Shown here: positions 12,501 to 25,338 of the stretch, in pieces
Layout: the number at the start of each line of letters is the position of its first letter
How positions within the stretch are numbered: position 1 is the first letter of the stretch
NCBI RefSeq assembly: GCF_001194135.2
Contig: NC_068984.1
Location: 79,611,234-79,674,764, forward strand
Direction of reading: 5' to 3'
Length of the DNA stretch: 63,531 bases
Origin: Octopus bimaculoides
Lineage: Eukaryota
Translations under genes and position numbers: made by a program
Notes under the pieces: generated by a model
The model's input: only the letters and a program-made list of their open reading frames with translations
Databases searched by the model: none
Told to the model about the DNA's origin: nothing

Positions 12501-12800
12501 AATATATGTATGTTATATATGTGTGCATTTACATTTTATTACACAATGCTTAGTTCACTTTGGCACTCCTACATTGATCATTAAATTCAATTAGCTTACA
12601 GATGTTATAATTATCGTTCTTCAAAATTTCTATAGCATTTTTTCTGTGAAAATATTATTTTAGCTCTGTAGTTGCATTTGTCATTTAACCTCAGATCAAG
12701 CCTGAACAAGTAGACTTAGGACAGAGGAAATTCCAGAACGTTCCTTTTCATTCTTTATAGGTTTCTAGGATTATGGTATTTAATGTGCCTTTCCCTTTCT

Positions 12801-12985
12801 TTAACCCTTTAGCATTTAAACAAGCTATATCTGGCCTCTCACACCTACCCTACAAAGTCATTTTAAAGATAAAGAATCACAGCATCAAGATCTCAAGACT
12901 ATGAGATTATTCAGGATTAATTCAAAACAATGTGAAAAATAAATATTACATTTGATGGAGTATTATCTGAATGTGAAAGGTTTAA
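12801..12985. mobile_element. piggyBac-like MITE (TTAA target, CCCTTTAGCAT terminus)
   Basis: TTAA|CCCTTTAGCATTTAAAC at the left end, degenerate gaatgtgaaaggt|TTAA at the right; internal similarity to 41628-41842. Confidence 0.6.
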
Positions 12986-13539
12986 AATGATTCGGTGTGA
13001 TTTGAAGGTAAATTAAGGTGCTATTTCTTACAGGTTTTGTGACAGTGTAAAATATTCTCTTATTAAGGAATATTATGGTGAAAGCTTTTGAGCTGCAACC
13101 ATTACCAGCCCATATTTTTGTATATCAGGAGCTATAGCATCCATGATATCAGAAATTACATTGCTTTTTAAATCCAGAACTACATTGCATTTATTTATTT
13201 AAGATGGTTGAGTGTTATATGAAGATTTGGTTTATGTTTTGAGAAGGTTCAGTGAGCATATGAAGGCCACCTTCTTGGTTCATTATACCACTTCCATATT
13301 TTTAATAGAAATCTTATAAAAACTATTCATTTTATTAGTTGTTGTTAGGCTTTTAGGTAAACCACTGTCAGATGTCATAGATATACTCTAATGAAAGTTT
13401 CTAATAATAGTTTTACTGTCAGGTAAATAAGCAAGTAATCACAATGTGTGCATTCAGCAGGAGTTTACCACCTAAGAATATTTTATATATCTGCACATTT
13501 TTCTGTTTCTTTGATTGCAAATGGACAGTTTGTGTCTTA

Positions 13540-13790
13540 TATCGAAAGTCTTAAAGCAATATTTGTTTTTGTGTCCACATTTCGACAAACTCTTGCATTT
13601 TGTTGACTAGTTTATAAATTTGTATCTAGTTATATTTTTCTTACCTAGCAAAGTTCACCATATCTCTGGGCATTTCTTGTATAAGCTTTTGCAGATTCAA
13701 TGACAGTCCATTTATTTTCTATGTTATTTTTTGCCATCTTCTTTCTAATAACCGAATATGTTTTGACAAAGCCATCACATTCTACATGCA
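13540..13790 (-). mobile_element. Penelope-like element, degenerate GIY-YIG endonuclease C-terminus
   Basis: Minus frame: KMAKNNIENKWTVIESAKAYTRNAQRYGELC*...KSLSKCGHKNKYCFKTF resembles the PLE C-terminus I.W.IL..A..Y....KRC.LC..EK...ELISKCRH.NK; contains stops. Confidence 0.6.
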
Positions 13791-13937
13791 TATATTTACA
13801 AAGGTGCTGCTATGTTGTATGTTACAGCTTTTAAGTCTACATTTTCTGTTCTGTGAAGCTTACATAGCTTATAACTTCCCTTTCTTTATTTTGTTTCCTC
13901 TCATTTTAGTGTGATATAATTATATGTGTGGATCTCC

Positions 13938-14022
<85 letters not shown>

Positions 14023-14070
14023 TGTATTCATATGTATATGCATCTAAACATGTATATGTATGTTAATATG

Positions 14071-14133
<63 letters not shown>

Positions 14134-14137
14134 TTAT

Positions 14138-14369
14138 GGCGGCGAGCTGGCAGAACTGTTAGCACACTGGGCGAAATGCTTGGCGGTATTTCGTCTGCTT
14201 GCTACGTTCTGAGTTCAAATTCCGCCGAGGTCGACTTTGCCTTTCATCCTTTCGGGGTCGATTAAATAAGTACCAGTTACGCACTGGGGTCGATATAATC
14301 GATTTAATCCGTTTGTCTGTCCTTGTTTGTCCCCTCTGTGTGTAGCCCCTTGTGGGTACTAAAGAAATA

Positions 14370-14370
<1 letters not shown>
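14138..14370 (+). mobile_element. tRNA-derived SINE family B (Nin/Deu-like central domain), apparently young copy
   Basis: ggcggcgagctggcagaactgttagc...gagttcaaattccgcc...gcctttcatcctttcggggtcgattaaataagtaccagtt; CpGs retained. Confidence 0.85.
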
Positions 14371-14410
<40 letters not shown>

Positions 14411-14707
14411 TCTCTCCCTCTCATACACACACATCCAAACACTCTCACATATATAATACACATACATGCACACATGTATGTATTCATTGCTCATTCATTT
14501 TTACATCCATTTTTTCATGCCACCATGGGTTAGAGAAATACATTATTGTGGTAGTATTTTACAGCTAGATAAGCTTCCTCTTGCAAAACGTTATGTTTTT
14601 CAAGAAATAGATCTCTTATTCCGTATTCTTCAAAAGGTGCAAAGTCAGCAAACAATCCGCTGATAGAAAGAAATGACTGCCCTGCCTATAACTAAGCAAT
14701 GTGTATA

Positions 14708-14763
<56 letters not shown>

Positions 14764-15674
14764 ACATAGGTATTGTTTTTTGAAAAAACATAAATCTGAA
14801 GAAGCACACTCTAAAAAGTAGAGGAGTCTTTATTTTTTCCTGGTGAAGGCCGGTTTATGGAAGTTGATAGCTGTCAGGTGAGGGAGATAATCCCTTATTG
14901 TTTACCCTCATAGGTGAATGATGGCGGTACAGCTGGAAGTTGATAGCCGTTAGCAAAGGGAGATAATCCCCTTGTTTACATTTGCCTTTCTACCGAGACT
15001 TCTCCCTTCCATATTTTAAAGAGGTCTTGAGACCAACAGGTCTTGGGGGTCTTACAACAACAACAACATCAGTGACTAAGTTACCTATTGACCATATCAG
15101 AACCAATCTTTTCTGAAATGTGGATCCCCAAAGTATAAATGCTCAGCTCCAGTTTCCATTCCTTGAAAGATGCTGATTGGCATTCACATATTTCCTTCTG
15201 TGTAAGTCACAAAGCTAAAAGAGAAATCTTTCCTCACATAAAGAACTCAACTTACTTCCATTCTTTTTAAGAAGCTAAGTGTTAGATCACTTTTTGGATA
15301 GGCTGCAAGTCTGAGAGAGGAATCTTTCCCTAATTGTGGAACTGGACTTAGAGCAAGAAGCCAATAAATATCAATTTCCTCAAATGGTTGTTGCAAGTTA
15401 GCCCCAAATCTGTTCAAACATGATTAGTTTCTTTATTTCTTTTTAGAAATATCACACCCTAAACTAAACAAGCTAATGTGTCCTTCCATTTTCTTTTTAA
15501 TGGCAGTATAGTTTAGTGGAGGGAGATTTGGGTGCTAGTTTTAGCTGTTGGTTATCTCATACTAAGACTGCTAGATGAACTCATCAAGCGCTAAATATCT
15601 TGATTACAGACCTATGTTTGTGGCACCTCTACAATATTTGGCTTCATTTTTTTTTATTTACTATATTTACCAGG

Positions 15675-16098
15675 TGTAGGCATAGCTGTGTGGTAAGAAG
15701 CTTGTTTCCCAACCACATAGTTCTGGGTTCAGTTCCACTGTGTGGCACCTTGTTCAAGTGTCTTCTATAGCCTTGGGCTGACCAAAGCTTTGTGAGTGTA
15801 TTTGATAGATAGAAACTTAAAGTAGCCTGTCATACATGTGTGTGTGTGAGTGTGTGTGTGTGTGTGCGTGTGTGTGTGTGTGTCTGTGTCTGTCCTCCGC
15901 CTCTATCACCATTTGACAACTGATGTTGGTGTGTCTACATCCCTGTAACTTAGTGGTTCAGCAAAGGAGGCCGATAGAATACGTACTAGGATTACAAAGA
16001 ATAAGTCCTGGGGTCGATTTGTTCAACTAAAACCCCTTAATGGGGTCTCTAGTGTGGCCACATTCAAATGACTGAAACAAGTAAAAGAATAAAAGAAT
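15675..16098 (+). mobile_element. SINE family A, full length
   Basis: tRNA-like head gctgtgtggtaagaagcttg, internal (TG)n, 3' end gactgaaacaagtaaaagaataaaagaa. Confidence 0.85.
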
Positions 16099-16924
16099 AG
16101 CCATTTTGAAATCAAAATATGAAACATTTTCATAGCCTGTCTAATAGAGCTTATAAGGGTTAAGCATATCCATTCAGATTTGGGTCATTGCTTGGCATAC
16201 TAATTGGAAATATTAAGTGTTTCTAATATTTATAATTAATATGAGCTGAATTATGTCACAGCTGACAAAAAAAATAATAAAATTTCCTCTTGTTCTTACA
16301 CATGATTATAAATCTCTTTCAGGCAATTTACAGGCTTCCAATTTGTTGTCTCTTTCTTTTTTTTTTTAATGTAAAAAGTGAATTAGTCAAATGTGAAAGA
16401 ATTAAAAAAAGAAAAAAAAAAAAAAAAAAAAAAAAAAGTTTGACTCAAGCAAAATTGCTGTTCACTTAATTTTCTAGCTCTGTTCTTCATTGAGTGTTTA
16501 TCAGATATAATTTGAAATCAGAAGATGCAATTCAGAATACTAGCAAAGTTTACTAAATACTATGAAGTCCAGTCTTTCATCATTGCTGACAAGTCCTTAA
16601 TAATGTATGTGCTTAAACACCTGTTTGCCAATTTGTTTCTCTGTTTTACTGTATACAGAATATTGTATGTACGCATCTTTTGATTTTAGATGACAACTCT
16701 CTGTGTATTAAATTTTTCCATATCTTTGAGCAGGTGAATCACCTGATGCAAGTACTACCTCACTTATAAAATTCATTATATATATGTATGTGTGTGTGTG
16801 TGTAAACAGTATAATATACATACTGTATCTTACACATACACATATACATTTATATGTGTGTGTGTTTATTTGGCAAAAAAAAAAAATGATAAATAAAATG
16901 ACCACCCGAAAGTACAACGTATAT

Positions 16925-17762
16925 CATCATCATGATCATCATCGTTTAACATCTGCTTTCCATGCTAGCATGGGTTGGACAATTTGACTGAGGACTGGAG
17001 AACCAGATGGCTACACCAAGCTCCAATCTTATTTGGCAGAGTTTCTACAGCTGGATGCCCTTCCTAACGCCAGCCACTCCGAGAGTGTAGTGGGTGCTTT
17101 TACGTGCCACTGGCACGAAGGCCAGCCAGGCGGTACTGGCAACGGCCATGCTCAAAATGGTGTATTTTACGTGCCGCCTGCACAGGAGCCAGTCCAGCGG
17201 TACTGGCAATGACCTCGCTCGAATGTCTTTTCATGTGCCAGGAAGGTGATGCTGGTAATGATCACACTCAAATGGTGCTATTTACATGCCACTGGCACGG
17301 AAGCCAGACAGCTGCTCTGGCAACGATCACACTCGGACGGTGCTCTTAGCGCTCCACTAGTACAAGTGCCATCACGATTTCGCTTTCACTTGCCCCAACA
17401 GGTCTTCGTAAGCCGCGTTTAGTGTCCAATGAACGAGACGTAGGCATGGGTGCCAGTTGTCGAATTTAGTTCGATTTCAATTTCAATTTCACTTGCCTCA
17501 ACAGGTCTTTGCAGGCGGAGTTTAGTGTCCAACAAAGGAAAGGTATGCATAAGTGGGCTGGCTACACCCCTGGCAGAGGCCTTGGATTATGGTCTCGCTT
17601 GGCTTGCCGGGTCTTCTCACGCACAGCATATTTCCAAAGGTCTCGGTCACAAGTCATTGCCTCGGTGAGGCCAAATGTTCGAAGGTCGTGCTTCACCACC
17701 TCATCCCAGGTTTTCCTGGATCTACCTCTTCCACAGGTTCCCTCAACCGCTAGGGTGTGGCA
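16925..17762 (-). mobile_element. 5'-truncated RTE LINE: ORF C-terminus, 3' UTR and (GAT)n tail
   Basis: Minus ORF AVEGTCGRGRSRKTWDEVVKHDLRTFGLTEAMTCDRDLWKYAVREK is the RTE C-terminal GRPRKTW motif; continues without break into the tail family. Confidence 0.9.
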
Positions 17763-17783
17763 CTCTATATATGTATATATATG

Positions 17784-17849
<66 letters not shown>

Positions 17850-18767
17850 AAGGTGAATTTATGGAATGAAGTTCCATAAATCCCATCAATTTTATTAAAA
17901 ATGGAGGAGACAAGTTGTTAAAATTTATAAGAAGTTTAATTCTAGCAGTCCATCATTTCATACAGAGATATGATAATTTAAATTCATGATTGAATTAAAT
18001 TAATTAAATATCAACTTACTCTTCAGTGCAGGAAGGAAAGAAACCATAATGCAAGGAACTTAAAAAGAAATATAGCAGAAAAAATTGGATCTAGGAGAGT
18101 CATATTGGTATCCGTATGAGATATTGAACCATAACTAACAGTTATGAAGATGTAAGTAAAGAGGTATCAGAGACGTTCACTCTATAGATGAGTATGGAAA
18201 TTAGAATTATAGTTCCATATAAGTAACATAGTGCCAATAAGTAGTAGAAATGTCCAATGAGAAAACAATACCAAGTTAAAATTAAAATTAAAACTAACCG
18301 TTCAAATCTGTATATAGTATAATGTATTTTTTTTTAAAAATCTATACAGAAGAATGAGGTTAGTGTGAGGAAGTAGTATATGAAAAGGTAATACTAGATA
18401 GTTAACGTAAACAAATGGTGTAAAATAGAGGAATGAGAATGAGTTAAAGAGAGATGATGGATATAAAGGAGTCATGTTTGCATACAGTGTCATATTAGGT
18501 AACATGTATTAATAATAAAAGAGAAAAATAAGTACAAACAGAAAAGCAATTGTTAATATTACAATTAAAGTAGGATGTACTTGCTGTGTTTATAAAGATG
18601 AAAAAGTGAATTTAAAAATTGAAGTTAAGTAGACCAAAATAAATGTAGGGGGAGATAAATGAGCAGAGAAAGAGATGAGTAAAAAAACATAAAACTTTGA
18701 ATAGGGATGTGTTGGTTATACAGAAGGTGTATTTTAGTATATATATAAAAAAAAAAATTATTACAGA

Positions 18768-19075
18768 GCGAGATCGTTGCCAGTGCCGCTGGACTGGCTC
18801 TTGTGCGGGTGGCACATAAAATACACCATTTTGAGCATGGCCGTTGCCAGTACCGCCTGACTAACCTTTGTGCGGGTGGCACGTAAAAGCACCCACTCCA
18901 CTCTCGGAATGGTTGGCGTTAGGAAGAGCATCCAGCTGTAGAAACTCTGCCAAATCAGATTGGAGCTTGGTGTAGCCATCTGGTTTCACCAGTCCTCAGT
19001 CAAATCGTCCAACCCATGCTAGCATGGAAAGTGGACGTTAAACGATGATGATGACGATGATGATGATGATGATGA
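18768..19075 (+). mobile_element. RTE 3' UTR/tail fragment
   Basis: gagcgagatcgttgccagtgcc...aggaagagcatccagctgtagaaac...gttaaacgatgatgatg. Confidence 0.85.
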
Positions 19076-19615
19076 GGTAATAATCCAGCTTAGTATTATG
19101 TGAGAAGGATATGGAATGACAGTATGGTCATCATGGTATTCGAATTCTAAGGATGCTGTGCCAGTATAAATATAAGAAAAGACTATGAGTAGAAGGTTAC
19201 ACATAAGTGTACAAAAATTTACACATAATATAGAAGAAATATAATCTAATAAGGAGAAGAGTGTGTTTATGTTTAGTCATACGTGTGTAGAGGTATATTT
19301 ACACAGGAGTATATGGATACAGGAATTTGTGTAGATATATGATTAAGGTATACATATAAAAACTATTAATATATCCATACAGGTGCAACAAAAAGGGGCA
19401 CACACATATACATATAAATGCACACACACAATAAATTTTATATATATGTATGCGAACATACATATATATGCAGATACACATGTTCATATTTATATATGTC
19501 TGTACCTAAATATGTATAAATTTACACATGTAGGTACATATAAGATCAATACCTAGATATGCATACATGGATGTAGACATGTAGATCACCTTAAAGTCGT
19601 ACATGTGCATACATA

Positions 19616-19651
<36 letters not shown>

Positions 19652-19994
19652 NNNNNNNNNNNNNNNNNNNNNNNNNNNNNNNNNNNNNNNNNNNNNNNNN
19701 NNNNNNNNNNNNNNNNNNNNNNNNNNNNNNNNNNNNNNNNNNNNNNNNNNNNNNGGAGACAAGGAGAAAAACACGGAGAAAAAAAATTGAATAGTGTTCA
19801 GTCAACGGTCAATCATAATAATGGCCGATCATAACAATGACTGACCGGAAGTTAGAAATTCTTATTTCAGGAGAGCTAAGAAAGGGGGAGATAACAAACG
19901 GTGATCGGGAACGAGGGGCTGTGTGTGGGAGGTAGAATGCTGGTGATCTTGACGTATGTAGTGTGAAAATGGGGAAGGGAGAAAGGGAGAAAGG

Positions 19995-20038
<44 letters not shown>

Positions 20039-20329
20039 TACACACACAGGCACATGTGCGCATGTATGCAGTCCACCATCATCATGAATGCTTTTCCATC
20101 TTTTCCATTGGCTGGATGAGATATTTTCATGCAGCCTCTATTATTGGGTCTCCTACCAGTACCAACCATTTATTTCCAAATAGGGTACTGCACTGTTCTT
20201 CACATATCAAACTGGAATGTATTGTTTATGAAAAAGAAAGAAAGCATTGCTGCTGCTCAAGTGTTGTTAATGTGAAGACATGCAAATGGACACATACATA
20301 CATGCATACATACATAGGCAGATCGATAA

Positions 20330-20362
<33 letters not shown>

Positions 20363-20649
20363 AGAACATTTTTATGAACAAATATTGAAGTGTCGAGTGA
20401 GTTGGTATTTTAGAAATGAAAGAAATCTCAAACATCTGTAGGGGTATTTTATTCGGTCCTCTCATATGTTTTCACAGCTATTCTCCTGCATTCAAGATTT
20501 CCTTAAATTCCAAAATAATGATGCATGTAGATATGACTCTGAATATGTTGAAATTCCATTGACTAATATATTTACCTATACACAATTATACAACCTCTGA
20601 TATATATGTGTGTATGTGTGTGTGTGTTTATATATATATATATATGATG

Positions 20650-21022
20650 GATTATTTCATTGTGAATGACAAAAGGGCTTTCAGTAAAATGAGGTAGCAA
20701 TCAGCTTCTATGGACACGAATGTGTAACTTGAGGCCTGGTGGTGCCTTGCAAACCTTTTGACGAATGGAAAAACTTGAGGACTCAGTTTGCTTGAGTGCT
20801 TGTGGATCATTTACTCTGTGTTCTCTTGAGTGGATGGTAAGACCTGCTTTGCTTCATGCTACAAAACCAAACGATAAGTAAGGTTTCACTTTAGTGGAGC
20901 AGCATTTTGCCAGTGTGCCTTCAAGCTTGCATGAGGTCAATCCCGATGTTGGAGTCAACTTTGCTCAAAATCTTTGAACTAAGGAGAAACAGAACTGGCA
21001 CCAAGTCCTGCATTCTGATGCT
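20650..21022 (-). mobile_element. Possible LINE (RTE-like) ORF C-terminus with degenerate C2H2-like motifs
   Basis: Minus frame ..CRTWCQFCFSLVQRF*..*SKAGLTIHSREH...QKVCKAPPGLKLHIRVHRS*. Confidence 0.4.
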
Positions 21023-22097
21023 TTTTGTTTTCCCATATAATATCTATGCCACAATGGGATTTTGTACAGTTTTCACTGACCAAATTTCATTTGCAAGCCA
21101 TTGGACAAACCAAGGATGTAGTAGAAGAAACTTGCCCAAAATACCATGCTGTGAAATTGAACTCCAAACCTTGTAGTTGTAAAGTAACCTTGTAAACCAC
21201 AAAGTACAGAAACTGAAAACAGTAAAAGAATAACAAGTATTTGTGTGTGTATGTATTTATGTATACACACACATGTATATACACTTTAAAACACTCATTG
21301 CAAAATGCTTTAAAGATATATGCTGGAAACCAACAACTTCGAAGTTAATTTTTTTTTTTTGTTTTTACTATATTTTATAGTCTTAAGATGAGCTTTTACT
21401 AGATTTTGGCATTTCTCCAACTGCTTTTGGATTTATTCAAGAAAACCTATTAGCTGTTGCACATATCTTAAGGGCTTAATGCATAATATTTCTGCTATTT
21501 AATGTAGGATCAAGGCAGCTGGGTTTTAAAACATTTTGTTGTTCTTCTTCAAAGTAATTGTTTTCTTCTGTACTCCCACCCACCAGCTTTTCTCCCTAAA
21601 AGAAAACAACATTGTATTCTGATCCATCTGCTGCCTATGCCTAAGCTTCACTTTATGTAGGGTGAAGTATGATCAGTCTTTTTATATGTACCTGATTATG
21701 TGGGTGTCTTCTCAAAGTCTGGCACATATCACCATTTCACAGCGATGTTTAGTTTTATCTTAATGCAAGGAAAATTCATGATAGCTAAATTGTAATGTTT
21801 GTATATGTCTTTGTTCCTTTTTGTTTTATTTTTTCTGTCTTTTTTCTTTAAATGTGTTTCTTTTTAATATATGGTCTCTTATTTTTAATTCTCTTTCTTG
21901 TTAAGATTATTTATATTTGCTGAGAAAAATCTTTAAATATTAAATTAGGAAGTTATTAAAAATTGTGAAAATTACAAAATAATTTGCAAATTTAATAACA
22001 ATATATGTACACATACACACACATGCACATATATGTATACATATATGCACACACACACATACACACACACATAAACCCCAGCATATACATAATATGT

Positions 22098-22523
22098 GCC
22101 TAAGAAGCTTGCTTTGCAACCATGTGTATTCAGGTTCAGTTCCATTGCACAGCAACTTGGGCAAGTGTCTTGTACTATAGCCCTGGACAGACCAATGCCT
22201 TGTGAGTGAATTTAGTAGATGGAAACTGTGGTGAAGCCCATTGTGTGTGTGTGTGCACATGCTAGTGCCCCTCCCCCCACACTGCTTGACAACTGGTGTC
22301 AGTTTGTTTACATCCCTGTAACTATAGCAGTTCAGCAAAAGAGGTCTGATGGAATAAGTAACAGACTTGTGTGGAAAGTAGTTTGCTTACCAACCACATG
22401 GTTCTGGGTTCAGTTCCACTGTGTGGTACCTTGGGCAAGTGTCTTCTTCTGTAGCCTTGGGCCAACCAAAGTCTTGTGAGTGGATTTGGTAGACGGAAAT
22501 GCAAAAGAAGCCTGTTGTGTGTA

Positions 22524-22566
<43 letters not shown>

Positions 22567-22790
22567 ATGTATACACATATGTTTGTGTATCTGTGTTTGT
22601 CTCCCCAGCATCGCTTGACAACCGATGCGGTGTGTTTACGTCCCTGTAACTTAGCGGTTCAGCAAAAGAGACCAATAGATTAAGTACAAGGCTTACAAAG
22701 AATAAGTTCTAGGGGTCGATTTGCTCGCCTAAAGGTGGTGCTCCAGCATGGCCGCAGTCAATTGACCGAAACAAGTAAAGGAATAAAAAA
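22098..22790 (+). mobile_element. Two tandem SINE family A copies (22098-22365 and 22370-22790)
   Basis: Two heads (aagaagcttgctttgcaacc; gtagtttgcttaccaacc), each with the family body and internal microsatellite. Confidence 0.8.
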
Positions 22791-23104
22791 AACATGATAT
22801 TTACCATGTGAACTATGATGCGAAAGATATGGTATGTAATTTATTTTTGTGCAGGGGTTCCTTGAGACATGTAATTTATTTTAAGGGTTACACAAGGGTA
22901 AAAAGGTTGAGAAACACTTCTTCAACCTCTCATCACTTGGCGTTTTCCTAAGATGCCTTGCACTGGGATTGAACCTAAAACCATGCATTTGCGAGGTGAA
23001 CATTTTAACCACACAACTTGCATCTACTTCACTGAATATTTCCAGCATCTCAATGACTATCGCTGATGGGCAAGCTATTTTCCTTTACTTTCATATCTTC
23101 AATG

Positions 23105-23520
23105 ATAATTTTAATTGTATATTCTTTTATTCTTTTATTTGTTTCAGTTGTTTGACTGTGGCCATGCTGGAGCACCGCCTTTAGTCGAACAAATCGACCC
23201 CATGACTTATTCTTTGTAAGCCTACTATTTATCCTATCGGTCTCTTTTGCCAAACCGCTAAGTTACGGGAAGGTAAACACACCAACATTGGTTGTCAAGT
23301 GATGGAGGGGTGACAAGCACAGTCACACAAACATACACACACAGACACACACACACACACACACATGATGGGCTACTTTCAGTTTCCATCTACCAGATCC
23401 ACTCACAAGGCTTTGGTCGACCCGAGGCTATAGTAGAAGACACTTACTCAAGGTGCCCCACAGTGGAACTCAACCTGGAAGCATGTGGTTGGTAAGCCAG
23501 CTACTTACCACACAGCTACT
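23105..23520 (-). mobile_element. SINE family A, antisense copy
   Basis: ttcttttatttgtttcagtt...gtggccatgctggagcaccgcctttagtcg...ggttggtaagccagctacttaccacacagc is the reverse complement of the family. Confidence 0.85.
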
Positions 23521-23924
23521 CTTGTACCTGTAGCTATTAATTTCAATAGAGTGTCTCTGTAATTCTTCATCTTGAGGTATTCCCTCTCTTATTCCCCTGT
23601 ATTCCCTTCATTCAGTGACCTTTCAAAGCCGTATTTCCATGCTTCCTTCTTCTTGGCATCAGTGAGAACACGGGCACTGCTTTAAGCATGCACACACGCA
23701 CACACTAACAAGATAACAAAAGTGAAACTACTTGTAATTTCAGCTTAGTTTAGGTTCCAAAGGTGTCCCCGCTATGATAAACACATCTTTCTATTTTCCG
23801 GGCATAGTGTATCTAGAGTTACACTAGCCAATATATTTGGCTTTTCTAAACAACAGAAATGTATAGTTGAAGAGAAATTTGTCATTTTCTTCTTAGCATT
23901 TTGAGTTATAGTGTAAAGGCTCTT

Positions 23925-24290
23925 ACCAACCACATGGTCCCGGGTTCAGTCCCACTACGTGGCATCTTGGGCAAGTGTCTTCTACTATAGCCTCGGGCCG
24001 ACCAAAGCCTTGTGAGTGGATTTGGTAGACGGAAACTGAAAGAAGCCCGTCATATATATGTATATATATATATGTATGTGTGTTTGTGTTTGTCCCCCCC
24101 AACATCGCTTGACAACCGATGCTGGTGTGTTTATGTCCCCGTAACTTAGTGGTTCGGCAAAAGAGATCGATAGAATAAGTACTAGGCTTCCAAAGAATAA
24201 GTCCTGGGGTCGATTTGCTCGACTAAAAGCGGTGCTCCAGCATGGCCACAGTCAAAAGACTGAAACAAGTAAAAGAGTAAAAGAGTAATA
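23925..24290 (+). mobile_element. SINE family A, low divergence, 5' end clipped
   Basis: ttaccaaccacatggtcccgggttcagtccc...gactgaaacaagtaaaagagtaaaagag. Confidence 0.85.
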
Positions 24291-25289
24291 TATATATATA
24301 AATATATANNNNNNNNNNNNNNNNNNNNNNNNNNNNNNNNNNNNNNNNNNNNNNNNNNNNNNNNNNNNNNNNNNNNNNNNNNNNNNNNNNNNNNNNNNNN
24401 NNNNNNNNNNNNNNNNNNNNNNNNNNNNNNNNNNNNNNNNNNNNNNNNNNNNNNNNNNNNNNNNNNNNNNNNNNNNNNNNNNNNNNNNNNNNNNNNNNNN
24501 NNNNNNNNNNNNNNNNNNNNNNNNNNNNNNNNNNNNNNNNNNNNNNNNNNNNNNNNNNNNNNNNNNNNNNNNNNNNNNNNNNNNNNNNNNNNNNNNNNNN
24601 NNNNNNNNNNNNNNNNNNNNNNNNNNNNNNNNNNNNNNNNNNNNNNNNNNNNNNNNNNNNNNNNNNNNNNNNNNNNNNNNNNNNNNNNNNNNNNNNNNNN
24701 NNNNNNNNNNNNNNNNNNNNNNNNNNNNNNNNNNNNNNNNNNNNNNNNNNNNNNNNNNNNNNNNNNNNNNNNNNNNNNNNNNNNNNNNNNNNNNNNNNNN
24801 NNNNNNNNNNNNNNNNNNNNNNNNNNNNNNNNNNNNNNNNNNNNNNNNNNNNNNNNNNNNNNNNNNNNNNNNNNNNNNNNNNNNNNNNNNNNNNNNNNNN
24901 NNNNNNNNNNNNNNNNNNNNNNNNNNNNNNNNNNNNNNNNNNNNNNNNNNNNNNNNNNNNNNNNNNNNNNNNNNNNNNNNNNNNNNNNNNNNNNNNNNNN
25001 NNNNNNNNNNNNNNNNNNNNNNNNNNNNNNNNNNNTATGTGTGTATATATATATGTATGTGTGTATATATATATATGTATGTGTATATATATATATGTAT
25101 GTGTATATATATATATGTATGTGCATATATATATATATGTATATATATATGTATATATTTGTATGTATATATATATATATATACATGTATGTGTATATAT
25201 ATATGTATGTGTATATATATATGTATGTATATATGTATGTATGTGTATATATATATGTATGTGTACATATATATATATGTATATATATG

Positions 25290-25338
<49 letters not shown>

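Noticed and set aside
16690-16733. ag|...IKFFHIFEQ|gt resembling the GT7 exon ending YxxEQ
   Set aside because: Wrong position (downstream of the 3478 exon), only 44 nt, no further similarity
17857-17881. Perfect 10-bp hairpin ATTTATGGAA-tgaag-TTCCATAAAT
   Set aside because: Short and AT-rich; plausible by chance in 63 kb, with no supporting context
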